Below, piece after piece: positions 31,026-40,112 of a stretch of 64,000 bases of DNA. The stretch is from Candidatus Magasanikiibacteriota bacterium. Its GTDB lineage: Bacteria > Patescibacteriota > Patescibacteriia > Magasanikbacterales > UBA922. Position 1 is the first letter of the stretch. Each line of letters begins with the position of its first letter. Made by a program: the position numbers and the translations under genes. The stretch is taken from NCBI GenBank assembly GCA_014729395.1, contig WJJZ01000006.1, positions 7,090 through 71,089 of the forward strand, written 5' to 3'. A model generated the notes under the pieces. It had not been told where the DNA came from. It made no database searches and saw only the letters and a program-made list of their open reading frames with translations.

Positions 31026-32092
31026 AAAAAATATTAATAATAGGTTCATATAATAAAGAATATCCCAGAAATAAAGTATTAATAAATACACTTAAGGACT
31101 TTTTTGATATTGAAGAAATTAACAACAAATATGAAAAATGGACCAGGCATGTATTTTTTTTAAAAGCAGTTTTAAAACATAGAAAGGAAAAAGATTTTTT
31201 ACTTTTGTTACATCCAGCTCGTAAATTTGTCTTTAGTTTGTTTCTGTCTAAAATATTTTTTAGTGGTAAAATCATTGTGGATGCTTTTAACTCGGTTTAT
31301 GATTCCTTTATCTATGATCGTAAATTAGCGAGTAAATATTCGATTAAAGCTTTTTATTATTTTCTTTCGGATTATTTAATGTGTAGATTGACCGATATCA
31401 TATTTTTTGATACACGGGAACACAAAGATTACTTCATTAATAAATTTAAAATTAAGGATTTTAAGAAAAAAGTTGTCCTACCTGTTTCTGTTGATTTAAA
31501 TTTATTTGAAGATGTTCCTGACTTATCTGATAAAGGTATCTTTCCTAAGGATAAATTTAATATTTTTTTCTATGGTTGTTATATACCCTTGCAGGGTATA
31601 GAGTATATTGTAAAAGCTGCTAAAATTTTAGAAAAAGAAAAGTTAATGAATTTTGTCCTGTTAGGTGCGGGACAAACTAGAAAAGAGATAAATGCTTTAT
31701 GCGAAAAATTACAATCAAAGAATATTACCTTTATTGATCGAGTTCCTTATGAAGATTTAATAAAATATATAAATGCATCGGATGTGTGTCTGGGTATTTT
31801 TGGTGATACTGATAAGGCTATGAGGGTTGTTCCCAATAAAGTTTTGGAATACGGTGCTTGTAAAAAAATAGTTGTAACAGGTAGAAATAAAGCAATGGAG
31901 AGATACTTTGAAGATGGCAGAGATTTATTATATTGTAATATGGCAGACGAACATGATTTGTCAAAAAAAATACTCCGGGTTTATCATGATTATGATAGTT
32001 ATATTAAAATGGGGGATAATATCTATAAAAAAATTAAGCAAAATTTTACTAAAGAGTCGTTGGCTGAAATTATAAATAAAGAGCTAACATGA
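31022..32092 (+). CDS. GT4 glycosyltransferase
   Basis: YPRN, YIPLQG, LGIFG...KA.RV.PNK..E. Confidence 0.82.
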   Translation: MKKILIIGSYNKEYPRNKVLINTLKDFFDIEEINNKYEKWTRHVFFLKAVLKHRKEKDFLLLLHPARKFVFSLFLSKIFFSGKIIVDAFNSVYDSFIYDRKLASKYSIKAFYYFLSDYLMCRLTDIIFFDTREHKDYFINKFKIKDFKKKVVLPVSVDLNLFEDVPDLSDKGIFPKDKFNIFFYGCYIPLQGIEYIVKAAKILEKEKLMNFVLLGAGQTRKEINALCEKLQSKNITFIDRVPYEDLIKYINASDVCLGIFGDTDKAMRVVPNKVLEYGACKKIVVTGRNKAMERYFEDGRDLLYCNMADEHDLSKKILRVYHDYDSYIKMGDNIYKKIKQNFTKESLAEIINKELT

Positions 32093-33429
32093 GTATTAAA
32101 AATTTTTACAATAAAAAAGTATATAAAAAAATTAACAGATTTCGTAGGAAGGCTATTTTGAGTTTTATAAAGAAAAATAATCCGGTTGTACTTGATGTGG
32201 GCTGTGGTCGCGGTTTGCTTGGTGAAATAATTAAAAAAGAAAAAAAAGCTACTGTTTTTGGTATTGATATTTCAGAAGACGCAACAAAGGAGGCATCTAA
32301 AAAGCTAGATAATGTTTTTTGTTTTAATTTGGAGACAAATCAGGAGTGGCCGGATGAATTAAAGATGCAAGAATATGATTATGTTGTTATTTCCGAAGTT
32401 TTGGAACACTTGATGGAGCCCGAGGAGATTTTATTTAAAATAAAGCAGGCAATTAGCCATAATACCGAGATAATAATTACAGTCCCCAATATTTTATGGT
32501 GGAAAAATAGATTAAAGATTTTTCTAGGACATTTTGAGTATACTGATAGTGGTCTTATGGACAAAGGGCATATCCATTTTTTTTCCTGGAAAAGTTTTAA
32601 GGATTTAATTAGAAAGACCGGCTATCATATAACACAAGAAAATCACCACATCCCTACACGAGGGACAAAATATTTTGGTAGGATTTGGCCCGGACTTTTT
32701 GCTAAACAGTTTATTGTGAAAATTAAAAAAAATAACATTGTTATATATACTGCTATCTTGGGGGGCAAAGATGCTCTTACAGAACCAAAGTTTATTCCGG
32801 ATAATTGTGATTTTATTTGTTTTACAGATGATGAGGTTTTAAAATCAAAGACTTGGAAAGTGGTAAATATCGGGGTTGGTTCCGGTGACCCGGCTAGGGA
32901 TTCACGAGAAATGAAATTATTACCACATAAGTATTTATCCGATTATGAATATAGTATTTGGGTTGATGGTAATATGTTGGTTCACGGCGACGTTAATGAG
33001 TTAATTGATAAGTATTTGAAAAGCAACAATATTGCCATGTTTGATCATAATCAATTGACTGGGGATAAAAGGAATTGTATATACAAAGAAGCCGAAGTGT
33101 TGGTGAAAATGGCAAAAACAGAAAAATACAAAGATGACCCTAGTTTAATATTAAAACAAGTTAGTAGATATAAAGAAGAGGGGTACCCAGAGGATAATGG
33201 ATTGATATCGGGTATGGTTATTTTAAGGAAGCATAATTATTACGATGTAAAGAAGGTAATGGAAGATTGGTGGTCCGAATTAAAAAATAATAGTAAGCGC
33301 GATCAGTTGAGTTTTAACTATGTGGCATGGAAGAATAATTTGGATTTTGTGTATATCCAAGGTGATTCAAGAGATAATAAGTACTTTAAGCGTTTACCCC
33401 ATTTAAGAAAAAAGAACTATAAAATATGA
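32089..33429 (+). CDS. SAM methyltransferase fused to DUF616 (TOD1/MUCI70-like) glycosyltransferase domain
   Basis: LDVGCGRG, EVLEHL; then IYTAILG..D, CFTD, K.LPH, SIWVDG, RDQLSF. Confidence 0.8.
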   Translation: MSIKNFYNKKVYKKINRFRRKAILSFIKKNNPVVLDVGCGRGLLGEIIKKEKKATVFGIDISEDATKEASKKLDNVFCFNLETNQEWPDELKMQEYDYVVISEVLEHLMEPEEILFKIKQAISHNTEIIITVPNILWWKNRLKIFLGHFEYTDSGLMDKGHIHFFSWKSFKDLIRKTGYHITQENHHIPTRGTKYFGRIWPGLFAKQFIVKIKKNNIVIYTAILGGKDALTEPKFIPDNCDFICFTDDEVLKSKTWKVVNIGVGSGDPARDSREMKLLPHKYLSDYEYSIWVDGNMLVHGDVNELIDKYLKSNNIAMFDHNQLTGDKRNCIYKEAEVLVKMAKTEKYKDDPSLILKQVSRYKEEGYPEDNGLISGMVILRKHNYYDVKKVMEDWWSELKNNSKRDQLSFNYVAWKNNLDFVYIQGDSRDNKYFKRLPHLRKKNYKI

Positions 33430-34298
33430 GCCCTAAAGTATCAGTTATCATTCCGACTTATAATCGACCTGAATTTATTGACAAAGCCATAAAGTCAGTT
33501 TTAAATCAAACTTATCAGGATTTTGAAGTTATTGTTGTTGATGATGGTACAAGGGTTAGGGCTGAAGATGTGGTTAAGAAAATAAAAGACAATAGAGTGG
33601 TGTATATAAAACATCCGGAAAATAGGGGTGGAGGAGCCGCCAGAAACACAGGGATAAAAAAATCCAGGGGAGAATATGTTGCCTTTCTGGATGACGATGA
33701 TGAGTGGTTGCCGGAAAAATTGGAGATACAAATGAAGGAATTTGAAAAGGCGGGTGATGACGTGGGTTTTTGTTTTTCTAGTGTGATCAATAAAACAAAA
33801 GAAGGAGACAAAACCAAAGAAGTCTACGATGGGATAAAAAATTTCCACGAGGATGTCTTACGTAATTTTAAAGGGTTTTTAACTGTCACTCTAATAATAA
33901 AAAGAAAAGTTTTTGATGAGGTGGGTGGTTTTGATGAAAGATTTCCAAGCCATCAAGAACCGGATTTGATTATTAGAGTAACAAAAAAATATAGGGGTTT
34001 GGGTGTAAATAAGCCATTGGTAAAAGTGAATATGATGGGGGACCATGATCATATTGGAGCCAACTTAGATAAAAGAATTGCGGGACGCAGGATGATATTG
34101 AATAAATATTTGGGTGAATTTAAAAAAAAGCCAAGATTTTTGGCAAAGCATTATTTTCAGTTGGCTATTTTTTTAAGAGACGATGGAGAAATTGAAGAGG
34201 CGAGTGAGTTTTTTAAAAAAGCGTGGAAAACAAATTTTCATTGGCGGTATTTTGCTCATTATGTTGTTATGAAAATAAAAACCATTTATATATATTAA
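33426..34298 (+). CDS. GT2 glycosyltransferase
   Basis: IIPTYNR, VDDG, ARNTG, FLDDDD, GGFDE. Confidence 0.9.
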   Translation: MSPKVSVIIPTYNRPEFIDKAIKSVLNQTYQDFEVIVVDDGTRVRAEDVVKKIKDNRVVYIKHPENRGGGAARNTGIKKSRGEYVAFLDDDDEWLPEKLEIQMKEFEKAGDDVGFCFSSVINKTKEGDKTKEVYDGIKNFHEDVLRNFKGFLTVTLIIKRKVFDEVGGFDERFPSHQEPDLIIRVTKKYRGLGVNKPLVKVNMMGDHDHIGANLDKRIAGRRMILNKYLGEFKKKPRFLAKHYFQLAIFLRDDGEIEEASEFFKKAWKTNFHWRYFAHYVVMKIKTIYIY

Positions 34299-35233
34299 TT
34301 ATCCCAATTTAGCTTGCGGTTAAGAAATTTTTCTAATTTTTTATTTTCTTCTCTATATATATCGTTTATAATTTTGCGATATTTAGGTGATAATTGAGGT
34401 CTTTTTTGTAGAGATGTTATTGAGTGTACTGACCTGTCGCAAAATTTTAGTGTATTAAGGGCTAAGTTATTTACTGTATTATTTTTAATAATCGGCATTA
34501 CTCTTTTTTTTATAGAGGATTGCATAAGGTTGTTTTTAATTTTTTGGTAAGTTTTTAGTGTTTTATTATTTTTTTTCCAGGTAGGGTTTGGCACATAATT
34601 TAAAAGCGATGGTGTAAAATTTTTATCCACATCCAAAAAAATATAAATTCTTTTAATAAATTTTTCGGGGTTTACCTTTAGGTCGTCGTGTAATAATAAA
34701 AGAATTTTATCTTTATCAAAAAAATTTAGGTAATTATTTATATGTTTCATATAAAATCCCGTGGATATAATTTCATCATTATTTAAAAAATGATCGAACG
34801 AGAAGAATTTTTTTTCATATTTTTTTTCATAGTTTCCTTTAGCATGTAGATAGTGAGAGTAAAGGCGATCTGTAGGATTCCTTAGGATTGCTATTATTTT
34901 CGTTTCAGGAAAATGTTTTTTGATTAATTTTGGTGTGTCTTTGTCAAATAAGTAATAAACACTGAATTCACCTATTATATTTCCCGGCTTACAATGCCTG
35001 AAATTTTTTTTGTATTCATCAATCCCTTTTGTGTATTTCCACTCTTCATCTTTTCTATAAAAAGGCCTGAATTTGTTAAAAAAATCCAATTCTTTATTGT
35101 TTGAAAGACATATTTGTGGGTGCTCCCTTAGGCATTTTGCCGTCCAACTGGTACCGCATTTGGGAGCACCAACTCCTATGAAATCTATTTTAAAATCATC
35201 TTGATTCATTTTTTTAGCATTTTTTTTGGCCAT
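34295..35233 (-). CDS. Sulfotransferase (Sulfotransfer_1)
   Basis: GAPKCGTS, KELDFF, GEFS..Y, LRNPTDRLYS. Confidence 0.88.
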   Translation of the reverse strand: MAKKNAKKMNQDDFKIDFIGVGAPKCGTSWTAKCLREHPQICLSNNKELDFFNKFRPFYRKDEEWKYTKGIDEYKKNFRHCKPGNIIGEFSVYYLFDKDTPKLIKKHFPETKIIAILRNPTDRLYSHYLHAKGNYEKKYEKKFFSFDHFLNNDEIISTGFYMKHINNYLNFFDKDKILLLLHDDLKVNPEKFIKRIYIFLDVDKNFTPSLLNYVPNPTWKKNNKTLKTYQKIKNNLMQSSIKKRVMPIIKNNTVNNLALNTLKFCDRSVHSITSLQKRPQLSPKYRKIINDIYREENKKLEKFLNRKLNWDN

Positions 35234-35326
35234 GATGTTTTTTTGTTAATTCATTATAATAAAATCAGATTCTTTGAATTTAATTTTTCTCCTATTCGTG
35301 GGTTCCATTAGAATATTAATAAATGA

Positions 35327-35571
35327 CTATTTTAAAATGGTAAATCTAAAGTATGATTTCCACATTTTTTCTCCAATTGGATTTTTAATTCCTTCAGGGG
35401 TCATGTGGTTGTAAAAACCCTTGTTATTTGGTGAGTGTTGATATTAATCGTCGTCATTTTTTAGTATGTGGAAATAGATATAATAATATTTTCCTTGTTA
35501 CAATGTTTAGTAAGATTAATTTTTACGCTGATGCCATAACTTTACTTAATTTTATAAACATATATGATCAT
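35327..35571 (-). pseudogene. Decayed Sulfotransfer_2-like (chondroitin-4-O-ST-like) gene fragment
   Basis: Fragments in different frames: MFIKLSKV / GISVKINLTKHCNKENII / GFYNHMTPEGIKNPIGEKMWKSYFRFTI, with stops. Confidence 0.6.
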
Positions 35572-35572
35572 A

Positions 35573-36823
35573 TTACATTCTTTTAAAAAGATATAATTTA
35601 AATAAAGTAAGTAATATATTTGTTATGATAATGGAAATTATAGCACCCCATATTCCAAAAAATACTATCATAGGGAGAAGTAATATAATTTTTAATACTG
35701 CCCCAAAAATTCTCATATAATATAACTGCTTTTTAAGACCTTGTGAAGTAAAGGTAGTACCAATAAGTATATAGGGTGTCAGTAGTACCGAAATAGCAAA
35801 AACTTGGGAATATTTAACAGAATCTAAATATTGAGGGAATAATATCTTAAAAATAAGAGGTGAGAAGAGAATGTATAAGATAGTGGGAATTATAAGCAGT
35901 AAGGTCATTTTAACTATTTTAGAAGGTAAGGTTTTTTTGATAATATTTTTATCTTTCGAGGCCATTTTAGGCATTGCCAAAGTTGAGATGGCATTAAAAA
36001 ATGACTTCATTTCTTTTATTGGGACGGTAGCAAATGAATATATGGCCAATTGAGCCGCACCCAAAAAATGCCACATTATAATTTTGTCTATGTTGTTGGT
36101 AATCGTTCCAAAAAAATCTATGATTGTTAAATGTTTTCCGAAAGATATAGTGTCAGCTGCTCTTTTTTTGTTTAATTTAAATTTTTTATAAATGTAGATT
36201 GAAAAAAAAGTTTGTATGATTAGTGAGGAAAGGTAAAAAACCGTTATTAAATAGGTCACTTTAGGATAAAATATTAGCGTTATGATAATTAAAATAGCAG
36301 AGCTTACCTGTATTATGGTGCTGTATATGGCACTTTGCTTAAACAATTTTCTTCCCTTGAGAAATGAACCATGAACAATCAAGCCGTTTGTGGTTGGTGC
36401 AAGAGTACCGGCAATTAAAAAACAAAATCCAAGTATAGAATTTCCATTGTGAAAGTAGTAAGCGGAAATAATAAGTCCGGCCAATGAACCCAGGAGTGAC
36501 CACTTAAATTTTTTTTTAATTATCCGCATGGTGTCGTTTTCGTAGCCACGGGCTACGGATCTCGTAAGGGCCGTGTTTAAACCTGGTAAAGCCGTTAAAC
36601 TAAGAATACCGGCGATGGATAGTACGTATTTATATAAACCATAATCCGTTTTTGATAATAGATTGGCATATGCTATGGCTAAAATAAGAGAGCCAACAGA
36701 AGTTATGATTTTGTTTAAACTTAACCATAAGCCACCCTTAGCAATATAAATCATGTCAGTGTGTGTGTATTTCTGACTCCAGATAAGCAGATTTTTTACC
36801 TTGTATTTTAATTTTTTATACAC
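35573..36823 (-). CDS. wzx: Wzx-type oligosaccharide flippase
   Basis: About 12 TMs, YGLY, DK......G...LAIYS.A, FGIWGA. Confidence 0.85.
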   Translation of the reverse strand: MYKKLKYKVKNLLIWSQKYTHTDMIYIAKGGLWLSLNKIITSVGSLILAIAYANLLSKTDYGLYKYVLSIAGILSLTALPGLNTALTRSVARGYENDTMRIIKKKFKWSLLGSLAGLIISAYYFHNGNSILGFCFLIAGTLAPTTNGLIVHGSFLKGRKLFKQSAIYSTIIQVSSAILIIITLIFYPKVTYLITVFYLSSLIIQTFFSIYIYKKFKLNKKRAADTISFGKHLTIIDFFGTITNNIDKIIMWHFLGAAQLAIYSFATVPIKEMKSFFNAISTLAMPKMASKDKNIIKKTLPSKIVKMTLLLIIPTILYILFSPLIFKILFPQYLDSVKYSQVFAISVLLTPYILIGTTFTSQGLKKQLYYMRIFGAVLKIILLLPMIVFFGIWGAIISIIITNILLTLFKLYLFKRM

Positions 36824-36878
36824 ATTTTAATATCTTAATTATTAGTGGATTATTATATCACTATTTTGTTCGATTTTA

Positions 36879-37826
36879 CTATTCGCTCCACTCTAATTTA
36901 CGATTTAAGAATATTTCTAATTCTTTATTTTTGTCCTGGTAAGTTTGATTTAATTCTTTGATTATTTCTTTTGGGACTCCTTTTTTTTCTTTGTTATGTG
37001 TATATTTTTTGATTAGTTTATCAGTTGGATCAAAAACTATTTTTAAAATAAGTTTATTGAGTTTTAGTGGTTTAAGAAAAAACATTATATTTTTTTTAAT
37101 TTTACTAGACATTATTTTGTTTTTCCAATTTATATAATTGGATCTCAATAAACTAGTTTTTGGCCCGGTTACATTCACTCTTTTATTTAAGCTTTCTGGC
37201 ACAAAATTATCATCTACATTTAGAAAATTGTAAATTGATTTAATGAATTTTTGAGGATCTCGTTTGATATCTTCGTAGATTAAAATTAAAAGTTGTTCTT
37301 TGGAAAAATATCGCAAGTATCTCTTGATATGGTCTATATAGAAGCCGGTTTCGATAAAGTCAGTCTTTTCTTTTATAATTTTTTTGATATCTGGTAGTTT
37401 TCTTTTGCGTTTTCCATCAAATTTACCTTGGAAATAACTAGAGATTAGACGCTCGGTAGGATTCCGAACAATAAAGATTAACTTAATATTAGGAAAATGT
37501 TCCTTAATTAGGGCAGGGGTCTTTGGATCATGATGGTAATGTGTACTGAATTCTCCCTTTATACTAGCTATACTGCAATGCTTGAATTGATCTAAGTACC
37601 AGCTGATTCCTTTTAGGTATTGCCAATCTTTTCTTTCATGGTAAAAATTAGCTTTTTTATTATAAAAATGTAATTCTTTATTTTTGGGAAAGCAGATTTG
37701 TGGATGTTGGGATAGACATTTAGCTACCCAGGTGGTAGCGCATTTTTGGGCCCCGATCCCAATGAAATCTACTTTAAATTGTTTTTTTTGTTTGGAATTT
37801 AGATTTTTTAATATCAGCTCATTCAT
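36879..37826 (-). CDS. Sulfotransferase (Sulfotransfer_1)
   Basis: GAQKCATT, KELHFY, GEFSTHY, RNPTERLIS. Confidence 0.88.
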   Translation of the reverse strand: MNELILKNLNSKQKKQFKVDFIGIGAQKCATTWVAKCLSQHPQICFPKNKELHFYNKKANFYHERKDWQYLKGISWYLDQFKHCSIASIKGEFSTHYHHDPKTPALIKEHFPNIKLIFIVRNPTERLISSYFQGKFDGKRKRKLPDIKKIIKEKTDFIETGFYIDHIKRYLRYFSKEQLLILIYEDIKRDPQKFIKSIYNFLNVDDNFVPESLNKRVNVTGPKTSLLRSNYINWKNKIMSSKIKKNIMFFLKPLKLNKLILKIVFDPTDKLIKKYTHNKEKKGVPKEIIKELNQTYQDKNKELEIFLNRKLEWSE

Positions 37827-37926
37827 AAAGATGTTTTGTTTTTTTTGTTTAGTCTGTTAACATACACACTACCTTAACATTGGATTAGATTTAGCTTATC
37901 ATAATTATTTATAACTGAAAAGATTT

Positions 37927-38733
37927 ATGAAAGATGCATTATATGATGAAATTTTAACTGATTTAAAGCAAATTACCAGCCAAGCCGGAGCAAAAATCTT
38001 AGAATTTTATGCTGAAGATTACACTGATTCTGAAAAAAAAGAATTCCCGGTCACCAAAGCCGACTTGGCTTCAGATAGTATAATTTCGCAAGGATTGGAA
38101 AAGTATCTTGAAAATGGTTTTGGTATTCTTTCCGAAGAGACCTCGGCTGACAAAGATTACTTGAATCATGACAAGGTTTTTATTGTTGATCCGATTGACG
38201 GCACCAAAGATTTTGTTCATAAGACCGGTGATTTTTCTATAATGATTGCTTATGTTGAAAATGGGGAGCCGGTGGTCGGGGTAGTATTTAAGCCACTGGG
38301 AGGGGTTTTATACTATGCACAAAAAAATGAAGGTGCTTTTGTGGAAGTTGGCGGTAATTCAGAAAAAATAGAAGTTTCTCCGCAAGAGGATTTTACAGAG
38401 ATGAGATTACTTGTTAGCCGGTATCACTTGAGAGATCCGGAAATAAAATTGAAAGAAGAGTTATATTTAGCCGATAATTTGGCTATGGGCAGTGCCGGAC
38501 TCAAATTATGTTCAATCGCGGCGGGCAAGGCTCATATTTATGTTAATACCAGTGATAAAACCGGGGAATGGGATACGGCTGCCGGTAGTATTATTCTACA
38601 AGAAGCCGGAGGAATTATAACTGATTTAGATGCTAAACCACTTGATTTTTTGAAGGAAAAGCCCTATAATACTCGCGGTTTTGTGGCCTCAAACGGCACC
38701 CAACACGAACAGATTTTAAATAAATTAAAATAA
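37927..38733 (+). CDS. cysQ: 3'(2'),5'-bisphosphate nucleotidase
   Basis: PVTKAD, SEE, DPIDGTKDF, EWDTAAG. Confidence 0.9.
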   Translation: MKDALYDEILTDLKQITSQAGAKILEFYAEDYTDSEKKEFPVTKADLASDSIISQGLEKYLENGFGILSEETSADKDYLNHDKVFIVDPIDGTKDFVHKTGDFSIMIAYVENGEPVVGVVFKPLGGVLYYAQKNEGAFVEVGGNSEKIEVSPQEDFTEMRLLVSRYHLRDPEIKLKEELYLADNLAMGSAGLKLCSIAAGKAHIYVNTSDKTGEWDTAAGSIILQEAGGIITDLDAKPLDFLKEKPYNTRGFVASNGTQHEQILNKLK

Positions 38734-38743
38734 ATTTTAAATT

Positions 38744-39280
38744 ATGGAAAATAATGGGAAAAAGGGAATAGTATTGTGGTTCACGGGTCTGTCAGGAGCG
38801 GGAAAAACCACTGTAGCTGATGAGATTTTTAATCGTTTACAAGAATTAAATTTAAGGTGTGAACGCCTGGATGGTGATGTGATAAGAAGTAATTTGAATG
38901 AGGATTTGGATTTCTCCAAAGAGGGAAGGGATAGAAACGTCAGGATCGCCGGTTTTGTGGCCAAAATGTTGGCCGAACATGGGGTAGTTGTCTTATCAAG
39001 TTTTATTTCACCATATAAAGAACAAAGAGATAAATTAAGAGAAAAAATTGATTGCTTTGCAGAAGTGTTTGTTAATGCTCCTCTTGAGGTTTGTGAACAA
39101 AGAGATGTAAAAGGGTTGTATAAGAAAGCTCGTAGCGGTGAAATAAAAAATTTTACCGGCATCGATGACCCTTATGAGGCGCCGGATAATCCGGAAATAG
39201 TTTTAAATACCCATGAAGAAGAGATAGAAGAAAGTGTCAATAGAATCGTTTCATATTTAAAATCAAAAGAATTAATATAA
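38744..39280 (+). CDS. cysC: Adenylyl-sulfate kinase
   Basis: TGLSGAGKTT, LDGD, RDVKGLY, FTGIDDPYE. Confidence 0.95.
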   Translation: MENNGKKGIVLWFTGLSGAGKTTVADEIFNRLQELNLRCERLDGDVIRSNLNEDLDFSKEGRDRNVRIAGFVAKMLAEHGVVVLSSFISPYKEQRDKLREKIDCFAEVFVNAPLEVCEQRDVKGLYKKARSGEIKNFTGIDDPYEAPDNPEIVLNTHEEEIEESVNRIVSYLKSKELI

Positions 39281-39283
39281 TTT

Positions 39284-39913
39284 ATGAATTTAGAAGAAAA
39301 AATGGAGCTTTCCCGTATTGTTATTCAACATGCATTAAGCAATTATGAAAAAATTTTTACCAGTTGTTCTTTTGGCAAAGATTCTTTAGTGGTGGCAGAC
39401 TTGGCTCAGGGCATAAAAAAAGATATTCAGTTTATTGGGATTGATACCGGTTATGAATTTGAAGAAACTTTGGAATACGCAGATAGGGTAATTAAACAAA
39501 GAGAGATGAATTTTTTTTGGGCCAAGCCAAGCATGGAAGATGTTGAAAGAATAGATAAGGAATATGGTGATTCTTTTTTAAAAAATGGCCAGTATAAATG
39601 TTGTGAAATGAAGCTGCCGGCAATTGAAAAACATTTATCAAGTTATGATGCTTGGATTACCGGGATTAGGCGTGACGAAACGGAAAGTCGTAAAACCACA
39701 AAAATTTTTGATCAAGGAAAAATTGTCAGAGTCAGTCCGATAGCTTTCTGGACAGAAGCCGATGTTTGGGGTTATATTAAAGACCGAGGGTTGGAATACC
39801 ACCCCTTGTATGATCAGGGATACAAGTCTTTGGGCTGCAAACCATGCACTACAGAGGGTACAGAAAAAAGTGGTGGCGGTAGACAGGGTCAATTTGAAAG
39901 AGCTGGGCAGTAG
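39284..39913 (+). CDS. cysH: APS/PAPS reductase-family protein lacking the C-terminal ECGLH tail
   Basis: SFGKDS, IDTG, CC, WITGIRR, HPLYDQGY.SLGCKPCT; ends FERAGQ-stop. Confidence 0.75.
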   Translation: MNLEEKMELSRIVIQHALSNYEKIFTSCSFGKDSLVVADLAQGIKKDIQFIGIDTGYEFEETLEYADRVIKQREMNFFWAKPSMEDVERIDKEYGDSFLKNGQYKCCEMKLPAIEKHLSSYDAWITGIRRDETESRKTTKIFDQGKIVRVSPIAFWTEADVWGYIKDRGLEYHPLYDQGYKSLGCKPCTTEGTEKSGGGRQGQFERAGQ

Positions 39914-39969
39914 CATGTAAGATTGGGGCCTGTATATCCTTCACAGCTATTTATTTGCTGATAAAGCAA

Positions 39970-40047
39970 TGTCATTCCCGCGAAAGCGGGAATCCAGGAA
40001 AGAAGTTCGTTGTGATAGGCTGGATTCCCGCTTTCGCGGGAATGACA
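39970..40047. repeat. REP-like inverted doublet
   Basis: Perfect 28-bp inverted repeat TGTCATTCCCGCGAAAGCGGGAATCCAG / CTGGATTCCCGCTTTCGCGGGAATGACA with a 22-bp spacer; each arm is a hairpin. Confidence 0.9.
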
Positions 40048-40112
40048 CGGTTGATTTTTTAATTGTTTGCTATTTGAAATTTTTATAGAAAATTAGTTTA
40101 ATATTTTTTATT

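Noticed and set aside
39911-39960. UAG readthrough (pyrrolysine or recoding) to complete cysH
   Set aside because: Readthrough gives HVRLGPVYPSQLFIC with no ECGLH, and TAG is an ordinary stop elsewhere in the window
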